In this document: positions 1 through 12,106 of the stretch, piece by piece
How the letters are laid out: each line of letters opens with the position of its first letter
Position numbering within the stretch: the stretch's first letter is position 1
From: Squalus acanthias
Taxonomy: Eukaryota
NCBI GenBank assembly: GCA_030390025.1
Contig: CM059431.1
Span: 67,208,001-67,272,000 of the forward strand
DNA: 64,000 nucleotides
Direction: 5' to 3'
The notes under the pieces: generated by a model
The model's database searches: none
What the model was told of the DNA's origin: nothing
What the model saw: only the letters and a program-made list of their open reading frames with translations
Made by a program: the position numbers and the translations under genes

Positions 1-1102
1 TCATCAGCCCCTTCCCCCCTGCTCCCCCGTTCTTCCCTCCCCCCCCAATGGCGTTGCTGCAGCCCGCTGGGTCCTGGAACTTCACCATCATCAGCCCCTT
101 CCCCCCTGCTCCCCTCCGGGGAAGGCGTGTTCCCAGTGTGGCCATGGGCTTCCTCGGGAGAGGGTGGCACTGATGCTCCGGCTTCCTCTTCCTCCTCAGC
201 TGCAGCATCACTCCCAGTGGCAGCTTCAGGGACCATCTCCTCAGCTGGTGAATCACCATCTGAAAGCAGGGAGGTACAAGAGTGGCTTTAGCGTGAGGAC
301 AGGGTGGCAGTAAGGGAGGAATAAGTGCAGCGAGTTAGCACGTTGGATTGAAAGTGTCAAAGGCTGGTATTGTGAGGGACAAGTGGAAGGACAGAGGACA
401 AAAAGGTGATGACCTTACCATTGCTGTCCACAACGGGGTCGGCGTCCCCAGTGGCGACGGGACCGATCACCCGGTTTGCCACAATCCTGTGGACGCGCTC
501 CTCCAGATCGCTGAGGGGTTGCAGCTGAAGCCGCCCTCCACCCGTCCGTTGCTGCTGTCTCCGATTATGAGCCAGCTTAGCCTGCAAGAAAAAGGACAGC
601 ATCTGAGTCAATATACAGCCATGGTCTTGCCTGATGTGCCTCCCATAGGTGAATAGCCCTTACAATATGCAGCCATGGTCTTGCCTGATGTGCCTCCCAT
701 AGGTGAATAGCCCTTACTGTATGCAAAGTGTGGAATGTGTGTGTGTGTTTGATGAAAGGGCCATAGGTGTTGCATGAGTGTTGTGCATTGGGGTTTTAAG
801 ACCCTCTGGCCATAGAGTGAGGTTGAGATGGAGGGATGGAGAGGTATTGAGAAAAAGCCACTCACCCTGACGACCCGAGTGAGGTCGTTGAACTTTTTGC
901 GGCACTGAACATGGGTCCTGGGCACCATGCTCCTGGAGGAGACGCTCTGAGCCACCTCCCTCCACACTCTTCTGAACTCGCGTGGCAAAGGCCTCCTGCC
1001 ACTCTCCGGGAACAGCATGCATCGTCTGCGCTCCACTGCGTCAACCAGAGCATCCAAGGCCCGCTCGGTGAAGCGATGAGCGCGTTCTCTCACCCTCTCC
1101 AT
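1..1102 (-). CDS. Harbinger Myb/SANT-like DNA-binding protein (NAIF1/MSANTD-like), spliced; exons 1102-866, 581-419, 259-<1
   Basis: Exon 1 reads MERVRERAHRFTERALDALV...WREVA...QCRKKFNDLTRVVR, a Myb/SANT-like domain, and ends at donor AGG|GTGAG. The next acceptor TTGCAG opens AKLAHNRRQQQRTGGG...DSN, ending at donor G|GTAAG. Acceptor TTTCAG then opens an acidic exon 3. Phases are compatible and no stop was seen up to base 1. Confidence 0.82.
610..717. repeat. 54-bp tandem duplication in intron 1 of the Myb gene
   Basis: AATAT(A/G)CAGCCATGGTCTTGCCTGATGTGCCTCCCATAGGTGAATAGCCCTTAC occurs at 610 and 664. Confidence 0.95.
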
Positions 1103-2842
1103 GCTTGGCAGCAAAATGGATTACAGGTCTCTCCAGGCTGAGATTCAAGGCTGCAATGAGCAGGGTGTGGCTGGGGAGCAAGTGGCCCCCCCCGCTTTAA
1201 GAAGTGTCCGGCGCCAGTGTGTCTGTGTTCCCTCGCTAACTGGCAGCAGCTGCGCTGCGCTCGTGCGCTGAGGTAGCGCCTCACTCCTAGGCCTTTGCGC
1301 CTTAAGAGAGGTGTGCAGCGCCTAATTTAGCGCTCCACTCACCTCCCGGGGCGGTAAAAGTGAAGTTTCCTGTCAGTGCCGATAATTAGCGCCAGGCGCT
1401 AATATTTGCACGCGGACGATATTTGCGCCCCAAATGGGGCGCGACCTAATTTCTACCCCAATGACTATGACTCTATTAAGCTCTGGAATGATTTTTTACC
1501 AGTTTAGTACTATATCAGCCCAGACTTCAACTTTACTTATCTGCTGTTGATTTGCCCTATCATGGAAACTTAGTAAAATTTAATTGATTATGCATTCTCG
1601 TCTTTCCTCATACCCATGCTGTACTACTTCACCGAGAACGTGGAATGGTCCACTCTGTGGTCATACCCATCGACACCATCACTGTTTTGTCATCATACCA
1701 GGAGGTGCTCTTGAACAGTTCAGTAGGGCACCTTTTCTCTCCATGAGAAAACCGAAGCTTGAAGGCCAGTTAATATTTAAACTCAAGCTTCCTTTCTAAG
1801 AGTCCTGCACCCTAGCATTGTAGATACTGCATTTTTGAATGCTTTTTTTCTTACAAACTGACCATTTTGTCACTTGTGGGGTAAAAGTGATATTCTGGAA
1901 GTATCGATTGAGTGTCCTTTAGCTTCTCTATTAGTGTGGAGATGTGTAGAATGGAGCAGAATGTTGTGCTGTGGATCCTCCCCAGGCCAGGAGCTGCTAT
2001 TGCAGCAGTGAGAAGCCATTACCCCTAAATACAGGTTAACTTTTGTGCTATTTAGCATCAAGCTTACTTGTGTAATATATGGAATATTGCAGCTTTACAG
2101 CAATTATTTAAAAAAACTGCATTTTTAATAGATACATTTTTAAATAATTAGTATTCAATAATTTCAAGTGTATTTCTCTATGGTATTGCCTTGTTGATCG
2201 TATCGCAATACAGCAAAATGTCTCAATATTTTCTCTAATGTTCAATAAGTTGTAGCGCACATTATAATTGTATTTTTTTTAAAAAAGAGTAAAATGGAAA
2301 TAGCGACCAGAAGCTCCACTTTATAAGACCAGCATGTCATTCGCATTCATCCAGTCGTATGATTCAGCTATAGTGTCATCTATCGTTTCTGAACATTGTA
2401 TGGAGGTAAAAATTTGCCTCAGTTCATAGCTGTTGGCAATTTACACATTTGAACCTGTTGCTGTACGTAATTAATGAGAATTATTTCAGACATGATACTG
2501 CATATGAGAAGAAAGCACAGGTGGAGATGCATAGTACATTTTTCTGTACATTGATTGGCAAGCCAGCTGGCATGTATTTTGAAATTCATTGCACATAAAT
2601 CTTCTAGTAGTTATTACGAGAAATATTCTTCAGTGTGTTAGAGTGAATTAACTCCCTGAGAACTGATTTTTTTTGTTGTTGCAGCTTTTACAATATTACC
2701 TACACGTTTTCTAGAACAGAAAAAACAAAATTGTGTTCCAGCAATTTTTGAACTGCAAGGATTATTGCGGCACAGAACAAGGGAATATGTTTTATCGAAA
2801 AGAAAATTTCTAACATGAAATTTTCTTTCTTTCTAAAATCTA

Positions 2843-3337
2843 TGCCTAGAAAATGTTCCACGCAGGCGCTACTTGGATTACAAAGACCCCAATATTGCGG
2901 GCAAAAAACGAGTGCACATTTCAGGCTGGAAGTGTGCCGCACACCATATTGGGTAAGGGCAAACGAGGCGCCCTTTACCCACACCTGAAACAAGCGTTGG
3001 TCCCTTTGCATATGCAAATGAGGGGCCTAATGCCTGTTTGAGGTCCCTTCTCTAAGGTTAGTTTGCTTTGAGGCAGCCAGTGCCATTGTTGGCTGCATTC
3101 AGGGAAACCAGACCTAGGGATCCCATGCAACCAAGAAGATATGTAACTCGATCGCCACTCCTGGAAACCGCCCCCCCACCCCCCATCACCAGCACGCCCG
3201 GCCCGATGCCATCTCCGCGGGCTGTTGTGCCATGTGGGATCCATTTATAATGAAGCCCAAGGCCCAATATCTAGGGAGCTGTGGTGCAGGGAATGTACTC
3301 CGCACACCCAAAAATGGCATGCCTGAATTTCTGGGCC
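2843..3337. mobile_element. Non-autonomous Harbinger-type MITE
   Basis: GC-rich island in AT-rich DNA with right end TGAATTTCTGGGCC followed by ATT. Internal 3001-3043 resembles 13641-13684. The left end is degenerate. Confidence 0.6.
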
Positions 3338-5439
3338 ATTGTGTAGTGTTCAAAGAATTGAGATGATGGTAATTTCACAGCCCCTCAAACATGGTGAGAA
3401 TTCTTCAGGTTTTCATTAAATACAGATTTCTGCAGTGCCATAGTTATTTCTCTGTTTCACAGTAAATGGGCAATTCTGTTCCCTTAGCAGTTTAAACATG
3501 TAAACTCTCTTCTGTTCATGCAAGCATTGTGTTCTGTGTTGAGACTTGGGGAAATGTAGGCACTAGAAACACATTTTTAACGTTCAAGTTCAGTGTACAC
3601 GTGATCACCTTGAGCTTCCCTAATTAGAAGCTTTGTGTTGAGCCGTGGGGAGTTTGAATGATTGTAGTAACAATTTAGAACCGCCTAAAGTGTTACCATA
3701 GAGATTGAGGTATAATCTATAATTGCTGTAGGAATGTAAATCTGTTGCGTTCTTTGTAAAATTGTAAAGTCCGTATAATAGCTCTTCCAAAGTATAACAA
3801 AATGTTTGTAGATTTTTCTATCATTATCTTTAAATTCTCTAAATTGTTAACAAAAATAACATGGGAGCAGAGGACAGAAATTCCTTTGCATCTTGCAACA
3901 AATCAATAGAGAATGAACAATGGAATACCAATGGGACATGTAGCGGGGGGGTGGGGGGGTGGGGCGGGGAGTGGGTGGGTGTCTTCACGCGCTCTCTCTT
4001 TCTCTCTTTCTGTCTCTTCCTCAGTCTCCCTTGTTTCACGCACGCACACACCATGTGCATTAAAGCACTCATGATTTATGAAGGGCTTGCTCACGAGACG
4101 GATTACCTGTCATGGAGTGCTTATACCATATTGGCTTTACTTTAATTATAAACCTTGCTTTCACACTGACTTCCCTAGTATGGTATGCATGTGCAAATCA
4201 TCTTTATTGTCAATTCTAACGTGGTATTTCTTTAATGTTCCCTCTTCTGGATATCTGTAGCAGTAAATAACCAACTGATTTATTTTTACTGTTTCACTTC
4301 ATAAGGATCTGAGTGCAAGTTCAGTACAAAACAACTGTACACTCGCATTGATAAATTGACTGAGAACATCTAATTTTCCAGTATAATCTCAAAGCATGCC
4401 TGGAGGGAGGAGCTACGTGGCTTCCCATCCTGTCGCATTCAAATATTGAGTGTGCCTGGTCATTCGCTACCAGTTACTGTCTTTAACAAGCCCTGCTGAA
4501 CAGGCTGTGGTTGATGCTCATTATGGCTTTCAGGGAATGTTAAAGCTGCTAGCAAGAGCACTGACTGTATTGGAAAGGGGGAGGGGAATTTATTTGAACA
4601 TGCCCTCGGGCTGCATTGCTTAATAAGACTTGTTAATTTAACCCTCGTGGTCCCCTGGTTACATTTTACACACAGATTCAGTGTGAAAGATTCTATTGCA
4701 CTTATTGGTTGCCTTCTTTCATCACAGTGAAAGTGTATGTGGTTTATCCTGCAGTTTAAGAGTGGTTAAAGGTATGTTGAGGTTCTTTATATTTGCATTG
4801 AAAGGTTTAATATCATAAATCACCTCAATTTGTCCTGCACAATTCTTCAATTTAGGTTTCAGTGCAGTGTTTAAACAGTGAAATTAGTGTCTTCCTAATT
4901 AAAATTGGTCGTCAATATAGTAAGCTTAAGAAAGCACTGTCTACGTCGAGGCAGGGAGATGAAATATATTGTTCATAAAAAGAAGATAGCCAGGAAGGGG
5001 TGGCTAGGTATGGTGTTAATTGGGCCCAACTGGAATTGAAAACTCTTGGGACTTCAATTGTCAGCAGTAAAACCTTAAAGCTGTGAGGCAGCGCAGTCCA
5101 GTAGACAAACTCTGTTAATCTTTATGAATGTGAGCAGTTTCTGTCCATGTGGCAAAGCTCTGGTGAGTTTATTTAGAATGTGGAACAGAATCCTTTTGTC
5201 TTTTTGGTTATTTGACCTTGGTAACTTTTTTTTCACTGCCAGCGCTGTGAGGCTCAGTTTATGAATGCAGCTGCCCAGAGTGCTGTTGGCTGGCTGGTCT
5301 GCCGGTATTGTTCTAATGCTCATTCCATATGTATGTCACATCACACTACTCCCCTTACCTCCCTCCTTCTCCTCCCTCCCCCTCCCCATACACACCCTTT
5401 TTCAAGCACATCCGTTTGGTTTCTTATCTGGGAAGATTG

Positions 5440-5792
5440 AATTCTTTCTCTGTTGTAAACTGCAAATTTCAAAGTTGAAAAACTGGAGCTCAGCTGTGCC
5501 TTGTGTAGCCCCAGGCGGACGGACAGCACCAAGAGCTTGCACTGAATATCTTCATGTCTCTTTTTTCTCTCTCCTGATTTTGGACTCCTTGAAGTCTAAA
5601 GAACTAATCTTGGCAGCTGCCTGGCTTTTTACCGTTACCGTGGTAGCGGCTGCAATGCATTATAATGGAGCAGGCAGGCCGGAGTTCTTGTGCCTTATGT
5701 TTTTCGGATTGTCAGTGGAGACTTTAGGGAAAGCTTACAACAGATATGAGCAACTATTTTTGTGCTTTCCTATTTCATTCCTTCTTGTTAAG
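5440..5792 (+). promoter_or_regulatory. Candidate host promoter / non-coding first exon
   Basis: TE-free sequence with retained CpGs, an RFX X-box-like GTTACCGTGGTAGC (5634-5647) and a donor-like AAG|GTAGG at 5792. Inference only. Confidence 0.3.
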
Positions 5793-7619
5793 GTAGGATT
5801 TGTTCATACAATTTAAGGACCATTTTACTGCTAATTCAAGTCATTTTTTTTAATTGGGTGTGGGGGTGGGAGAGTTACAGAACAAGGGGTCGGCCTCGAT
5901 GTTAATTTGTTTTATTCCAGTTTTGTACTGCGTACCTGAATAAAGCAATGATGAGCCAATTAATTGGGGAGATGGCTGTAAATTTTATTCATACAGTGCT
6001 ACAATCAAGTGTATTTCTTCTGTTTAAAAGATGCTAGTTTTCATTCGATCATTTCTCATTCATACTCTAGTTATATGTACTTGTCGGGTGGGATTAATGG
6101 CACAGCTGTACCAAATAATCAAAAAACTTCATTTTTTATTAAAACTTAGGTTTTAATACTCGAGAAACAATGCAGAATTCTAAAGCATGTAGGAAATCAA
6201 CGAGACTTTTGTTTTGCCTTGGTGTTCTCTGGTGTGATGCAGTTTAACATACTAATTTACTGTGATTGTATACTTTTTCTAGTGGAACATAAGATTAAGA
6301 TTGGCAGTACTGTAAACATGGTTAATCATTTTGTGGCAGCGGGGAAGTGTTAGCCTCATACTGTAAATACATAAATAGCAAAAGATAAGGAAAATTGGTA
6401 TTTCCTTATTGCTTAATAATAGTTTAGTTTCAGTACAAGCATGCAACTCCAGTTCAAATTGTTACTTTTGAAGTTTTAAATAATTAAAGTACTATTTTGA
6501 AAAGTGAAGCATTGTACAGTACACAGCAGATATTGATCCCTCTCAATGTGTGGGCAATGCTTTTTGCAAAAGCAGTTCTAGTACATCTCTTGAAATGTTG
6601 CATATTTGTTTCCCTATCTTGGCTATACTGTATGATCTCAGTGCCTCAAAATATTACCTTTGCTTGTGATACCAGTACTATTTATAAATTTTGAAGATTA
6701 AACGCACAATAATATTTTGAGCATTAAGGTGGCTCTATTATATAAGTTGATGGCAAAACTGATGTCGTCATAGTTGAAGGAGGTATTGTCTTTCAAGGCA
6801 TGATTTTAAAAATTAACTGTTAATTAAATGCATAGACTGCCTTTTAAACTGGCATGAACATCATAATGATGTGTAGCATGGTATGGTGGCTCAGGAGGCC
6901 AGCAGAACAGGAGATGTAACGTTGTTGGAAACATTGCCTAATGCTGGCAAATAATTCCTTGGAACAGGCAGGTGTGTGTTGTTGAACCGTGGCATGTAGC
7001 TGTTTCCAATTACAAATATCATCCACAGTTTGTTGGATTTAAGAGGGTTGTGCACAAGGGTTGTGTGTGACACTGAATTATGTTCTGCTTTTCAAATTGC
7101 CAATGAAATTATTCTGTCTAGAATCCATTGTTAGTGGTGGAAATTGCTGATATGTTGATTTTACTGCTTGTAATATTTAAAAAAGAATTCACAAATTTGT
7201 TTTCTCTTCCAAAGGGGCAACTATTTTTAAAAAAAAGAAACAAATGTCAATAGCAAAGGAATACTCAAACTTGCTTTTTTCCAAGGTTTGGTATATTAGA
7301 GTTGTATCAGCTTGGGCGTTTAGCAACCATATTTCCAGTCCACTTGGAGCTTAACTGTTTTCCTGGCAGTTCAAGCACAGTACCAGATGTGATAAACTTG
7401 CAGTTAGTTATGTCTCCATGTGATCCAGTTTGACCTCCAAGATCAGAGTAGCTATTTGAGGGTGAAAACAAGAGCCTGAAATTAAACCTAAGGGTACTAG
7501 AGACTGATGGGATAACATATTTATTTGTCCAAAATTCCTTTCTTTACTATTTTAGGGGAGGTGTTAACTCCATTAAAATGATGGAGAGGGGTTTCAGAGT
7601 AATGTGTTAAGTATTCATA

Positions 7620-8001
7620 CACTAGGGTCCCACCCATACTTTGGTGGCATTCATTTTTCTTTTTAAAATTCTCAGAAAAATGAAGGTAATTAGAAATCTT
7701 CACATTTTTTAAAAAGGCAGTTCCTGTAAAATGATGATGTAAGCTTAGATGCAATTTAATGTGGATAAGTATGAGATTGTACATTTTGGGAGAAAAAACG
7801 AAGAATGGGAGTAGACGCTCGATGGAAAGATTCTGAAGAGTGTGGATGAACAAAGATGTGGGGTTAAAATATGTGGTTGCTTCAAAGCGCAGATAGATCA
7901 AGCTATAAAACAATGTCCATCAATTTTGGGTTTTATAAATAGGGGCATAGAGCACAATACTAATAAATCTGTACATTGAGTAGACCACCGTTAAGAGTAC
8001 T
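7620..8001 (+). mobile_element. Old CR1 LINE RT fragment (5' part, split by Harbinger insertion)
   Basis: Degenerate match to CR1 RT C-terminal DNA (ttttataaataggggcatagag...agaccac...gagtac), as in the other CR1 copies in this window. Continues at 11521. Confidence 0.7.
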
Positions 8002-8394
8002 GGGCGAAAAATTTGGCTCTGTAGCTACGGGTGCTGTTTTGCGACGAAAATGGCAGCGCTGCCATTTTCGACATCAATGCTGGAGCTAATGCCCTGTGTT
8101 AACCTCGCACAGCTGAACATGCGTTCAGCATCAGCAAAGACCCCTCACCAGCGATATTTTAAAGGGATCAGCAACCACTCTGAGGTTAATTGCTGATTAA
8201 TTTCTACTGGTTCTGTGTAAGTTTGTGTAAGTGTTGGAGCTTTCTAGAGTTGATTAAAGTTGGTGAGGTGACGGGGAGTGGTGCTGCAAGTGGAGAAGGA
8301 CTTGCTTCTGACTTAAAGGGTTCTGGTCAGACCACTTGCTCCCAGTCAAAGGTGCTGTAGTTGTCTTCCCTTTGGTCTGCAGCATGACAGGGAG

Positions 8395-9455
8395 ATGGAG
8401 CAGAGGCAGCAAAGAAGAGGACAAGTTGCTCGCAGAGGGAGGAGGAGGAGGGAGAGAAGGGCTCTTGGCAAGAGGCCTTACCCAACTAGGCAATTCTCTT
8501 ACCTCAATCTGAGCCAGGAGCAGTGTCCGAGGCATCTTCGCTTTATGAAGGAGGTGCTCACAGAACTCTGCCACCTCTTGCAACCAGACCTGCAGCCTCA
8601 CTCCAGGGCAAGGACAGTGCTGCCAATGGCTGTGAAGGTGACCGTGGCCCTGAATTTCCTTGCTCCAGGATCCTTCCAGGCTGGAGCGGGCGACATCTGT
8701 AACATCTTCCAGTTTGCCGTCCACTGCTGCATAAGAGAGGTGACAGGTGCTCTTTATGCCAGGAGAGGGGACTTCATTGTCTTCTCTCTGACCAGAGAGA
8801 AGCAGGCGGAGCATGCACGTGGCTTTGCCAGGATAGCGGGCTACCCCATGGTGCAGGGTGCCATCGACTGCATGCACGTGGCTTTGCCAGGATAGCGGGC
8901 TACCCCATGGTGCAGGGCGCCATCGACTGCACGCACGTGGCTTTGCGGGCGCTGCATCTAAATGCTGAATGTGCAGTTGGCGTGCGACCATGCTCAGCAC
9001 ATCATGATGGTGAATTCCCGATATCCTGGCAGTATTCATGATGCTTTTATTCTGCGCCAGTCTGCTGCTCCCTCAGTCTTTGAGCCACCACATCAAACCA
9101 GAGGTTGGCTGCGTTGGGCGACCAGGGCTATCCCTTGACCACCTGGCTCATGCCTCCGCTCCGCCACCCAACCACACGTGGCCAGCATGCGTACAATGAG
9201 AGCCATGCTGCCACACAAAACATCATAGAGCTGAAGCAATGTTTCCGCTACCTAGATTGCTCTGAAGGAGCCCTGCAGTACTCACTAGAGCGCGTCTGCT
9301 GCATGCTCCACAACCTTGCCATCACGAGGGCTCAGCCCTTGACATCAGGCATACAGCGACCAGCTGAGGAGGAAATAGAAAAGGAGGAAGCGGAAGGGAG
9401 GAGGCAACCCAGTCAGCCCCTTTCTGCCCGGGCAGTCTGTGATCGACTCATCTGA
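8395..9455 (+). pseudogene. Harbinger DDE transposase (HARBI1-like), disrupted
   Basis: Motifs LNFLAPGSFQ, GAIDCxHVAL, LNVQL, YPGSIHDAFIL, LGDQGYPL, YNESH, LK..FR and CCMLHN are present. It is frameshifted by a 59-bp duplication, and the NRKG segment is missing. Confidence 0.92.
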
Positions 9456-9712
9456 CTGTGGCTCCAGTGAACGCAAGCCCAAATCCATATTCACCAATAG
9501 TCCCACACCTTACCATCCCTCTGATACAGACCATCACAGCATCCTCTTGGCCACAATGCTGAAATGAAAGCCACCACAAAGCTAACATTCCAAATGAACT
9601 TTATACATCAATCCATCCAATATTACATAAAAAGTCAACTAATCACCCTTGTGCATTCTCTTAGTGCCTGTCTTCCGTGTGCCTTTGCCTGTCCTAGTGC
9701 TCCTATGAAGTG

Positions 9713-11216
9713 CTACCCCAGTGGCTGCACCATGTCTTGTGGAAGGTTGCTGACTTTCAGTGGGGGAGACTGCAAATGGTATGCAGGACGACCTCGAGCA
9801 GCTATGGGCCTAGAAGGCCCAGCTGTAGACTGCACCACCTTGGCATGGGCGGCAGCAGTCTGGGCTGGCTGGCAACAGCAAGGGTACTGGCGGAGTGGAA
9901 GTGGTGGGAACATGAATGCTGTCATCCTGAGAGAGGACAGCAGGTTCTTGCTCCATAGAGCCACTGCCACTCCCACAGGCTCCAAGCTCTGTGCAAGGTT
10001 GGTGTCACATTCCTCCCTGCTTCTTGACATTGCACTCAGGCTTTCTGGCAGGCCTATCAATGCATCAAGCATTTTAGTGTGCATACCCATCAGCCGCCTT
10101 CTGTGGGCCGCTCCATCGAAGTCCTCATCTGAGTCCTTTGCAGCAGAACTCATATGCGACCTCTCCCTCCGGGGAGCTGGCACCTGCGCTACCTTTTCTC
10201 TCTTCCATGGCTGCAGGCCACTCATGCCCGGTGTCTCAACACGTGCAGATCTCGCATCTAACCTAGCCTCTAAATTACGCGGAGTGTCAGTATCTGAGCT
10301 GGTGGCTGCGAGTGTGAAATTGAGTGACTCCGTGTCTTCATGATCACTGTCTTCCTGCTCATCCACCAGTGCCTGGCCAGGTGGCACTTCTTGGCTATCT
10401 GAAAGGAGAAAGGCACAAGGGTAAGGTTGTGGTGATGGGAGGAGGGGGGCGGGGAAACATTGGTGCATGCTTACACCATCTGCAGCTTGTAAGTCAGAAG
10501 AGATAATGGAATGAGGGGGAAGTGGGATGTGAGAAGGAGGATTAGGTATGAGGATACCATTATCTTGGATAGCTTCAGCCCCGCTGCTAGCTACGGGCTC
10601 AGTGATTGCGCTCCCAAGAATGGCCAGCACCATCTCCTCCAGGGGTTGAGATTATGCAGGCGTGCCTGTGCCACTTCGGGTAGCCCCTGCTGGCTCCGAT
10701 TGTTGTGCAAGAGAAAGGGAAGTGTGTCAGTGAGTTTGGTGCAATGTGTTTGGTGATGTGCCTGTCATAGTTGAATAGCAAGCTGTGAGATGTGGGTGAG
10801 GCTTGCAGCAGTGGTAAATATGTGAGGGTGAGGTGAAGCTACGATTGTGAGGTATGAGTCGTGTTTGGTGGAGAGTGTTGGTAGGTGAGTGATGGGGGTG
10901 TGGTGCATTGAGCAGTGTGTGAGGCTATTGGTGCAGATAGTGGGATATGGTGGCATTTGAAGATGAATCCACTGACCTTGACCACTCATGTGATATCATT
11001 AAACTTCTTCCTGCACTGTAGTCAGCTCCTCAGGGCGCTTCTGCTGGCATTGACAGCTGTGGCTATCTGTTCTCATTGCAATTTTCGATTTTGCCTGGAG
11101 GGCCTCCTGGCCCCCTGTGGAAATAAGACCTCTCTCCTCCTTTCCACCTCCTGCACCAAGGGCTCCAGTGCTGCATCAGAGAACCTTGGTGCATGCTCTC
11201 TCCCCTGTTGTAACAT
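9713..11216 (-). pseudogene. Harbinger Myb/SANT-like gene, three exons (11216-10977, ~10705-10558, 10398-~9713), with in-frame stops
   Basis: Reads MLQQGREHAPRFSDAALEPLVQEVERRREVLFPQ...QCRKKFNDIT*VVK|GTCAGT. Intron positions match the gene at 1-1102. Exon 1 contains TGA stops; the 3' end is approximate. Confidence 0.85.
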
Positions 11217-11520
11217 TTACACTGTCTCCCCCAGCCAGTTGCTCGAGCTGCTTCAGGCAGAATGCACCTCCCCTTTAAGATGTGCAGTCTGCCTTTAAGA
11301 AGTGGAGGCTAGTCTTCAGATGTGCTAGCCTTGCAAGAACTTGGGCTCTCTGCTGAGCATTCAGTCACTCAGCAGCGCGTTCAGCGCTGGGTTGAATGCT
11401 ACAATCATTATAATTAGTAGGCAGCACCAAGGTCATGTGCTGACTGCATTCCTTTCAATGGGCGCGATCGCGCATCGTGATCCCCGCACCCGTTTTCGGG
11501 TACAATTCAATTTTTCATCC

Positions 11521-12072
11521 ATTGTGTGCAGTTTAGGGAGCTCCATTATAGAAAGCACATTTAAAGCCTTAGAGAGTGCAGATTCACTAGGATGATGTCA
11601 GGGATGGGAAACAATAATTATTAATTAAATAATAATTACAAGGACAAACTTTAGATACTGGGACTGTTTCCAATGAAGAAGGGAAGGCTAAAAAATATTT
11701 AGTCAAAGTGTTTAAAATTATAAGAGGTTTGATAGAATGAATGGGAAAGACTATTTCCTCTAGTTGGGAATCAGTGACCAGGGGCCATCAATTTAAAATT
11801 ATCACTGAGAGTGAGGAGAGGGTTTAGGAAAAAGTATAAGCGAAGGATTGTTGGAGCATTAAATGCTTTGCTACAGCGAGTGATTGAGGCAGAGATCATT
11901 ACATCTTATAAAAGAAAATTTAATAAGTATTTGAAACAGAGGAAGATACAGGTCTAAGGGAAGAGAGTGCTGTAATGCAATTTGTTTTGCATTGCTCTAG
12001 CTGAGAGCTATCACATACATGATGGGCCAAATGTCTGCCCCCTGTGCTGTAAACCATATTGTTCTATGATTT
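11521..12072 (+). mobile_element. Old CR1 LINE 3' end (continuation of 7620-8001)
   Basis: CR1 RT C-terminus and 3' UTR, ending gatgggccaaatg...tgtgctgtaa...ttctatgatt. Confidence 0.8.
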
Positions 12073-12106
12073 CTCTCTGAGGGTCTTGAACATATGTCAT
12101 CTCTCA

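Larger units (their letters stand above)
1..1459 (-). mobile_element. PIF/Harbinger DNA transposon, Myb-gene end (truncated by window start)
   Basis: Terminus reads GGGGTAGAAATTAGGTCGCGCCCC on the minus strand, ending at 1459 and followed by AAT. It has a GC/CpG-rich subterminal region and contains a Myb/SANT gene. Composition shifts abruptly to AT-rich after 1460. Confidence 0.88.
8002..11520 (+). mobile_element. Near full-length PIF/Harbinger transposon with convergent transposase and Myb genes
   Basis: Imperfect TIRs GGGCGAAAAATT / GGATGAAAAATT with flanks ACT / ATT. Removing the element restores the CR1 sequence gagta(c/t)tgtgtgcag. Confidence 0.92.

Noticed and set aside
4694-4715. miR-92-family seed TATTGCACTT
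   Set aside because: The rest does not match the mature miRNAs I recall, and no convincing precursor hairpin was seen.
5265-5816. 183-aa ORF as a host gene
   Set aside because: No recognisable domain; the hydrophobic, low-complexity composition follows from T-rich DNA.
8395-9455. Domesticated HARBI1 gene
   Set aside because: It lies between TIRs inside a CR1, is frameshifted and is paired with a decayed Myb gene, so it is a transposon copy.
8254-10343. Long ORFs 8254-9039 (-) and 9564-10343 (+)
   Set aside because: Antisense shadows of the GC-rich transposase and Myb coding regions.
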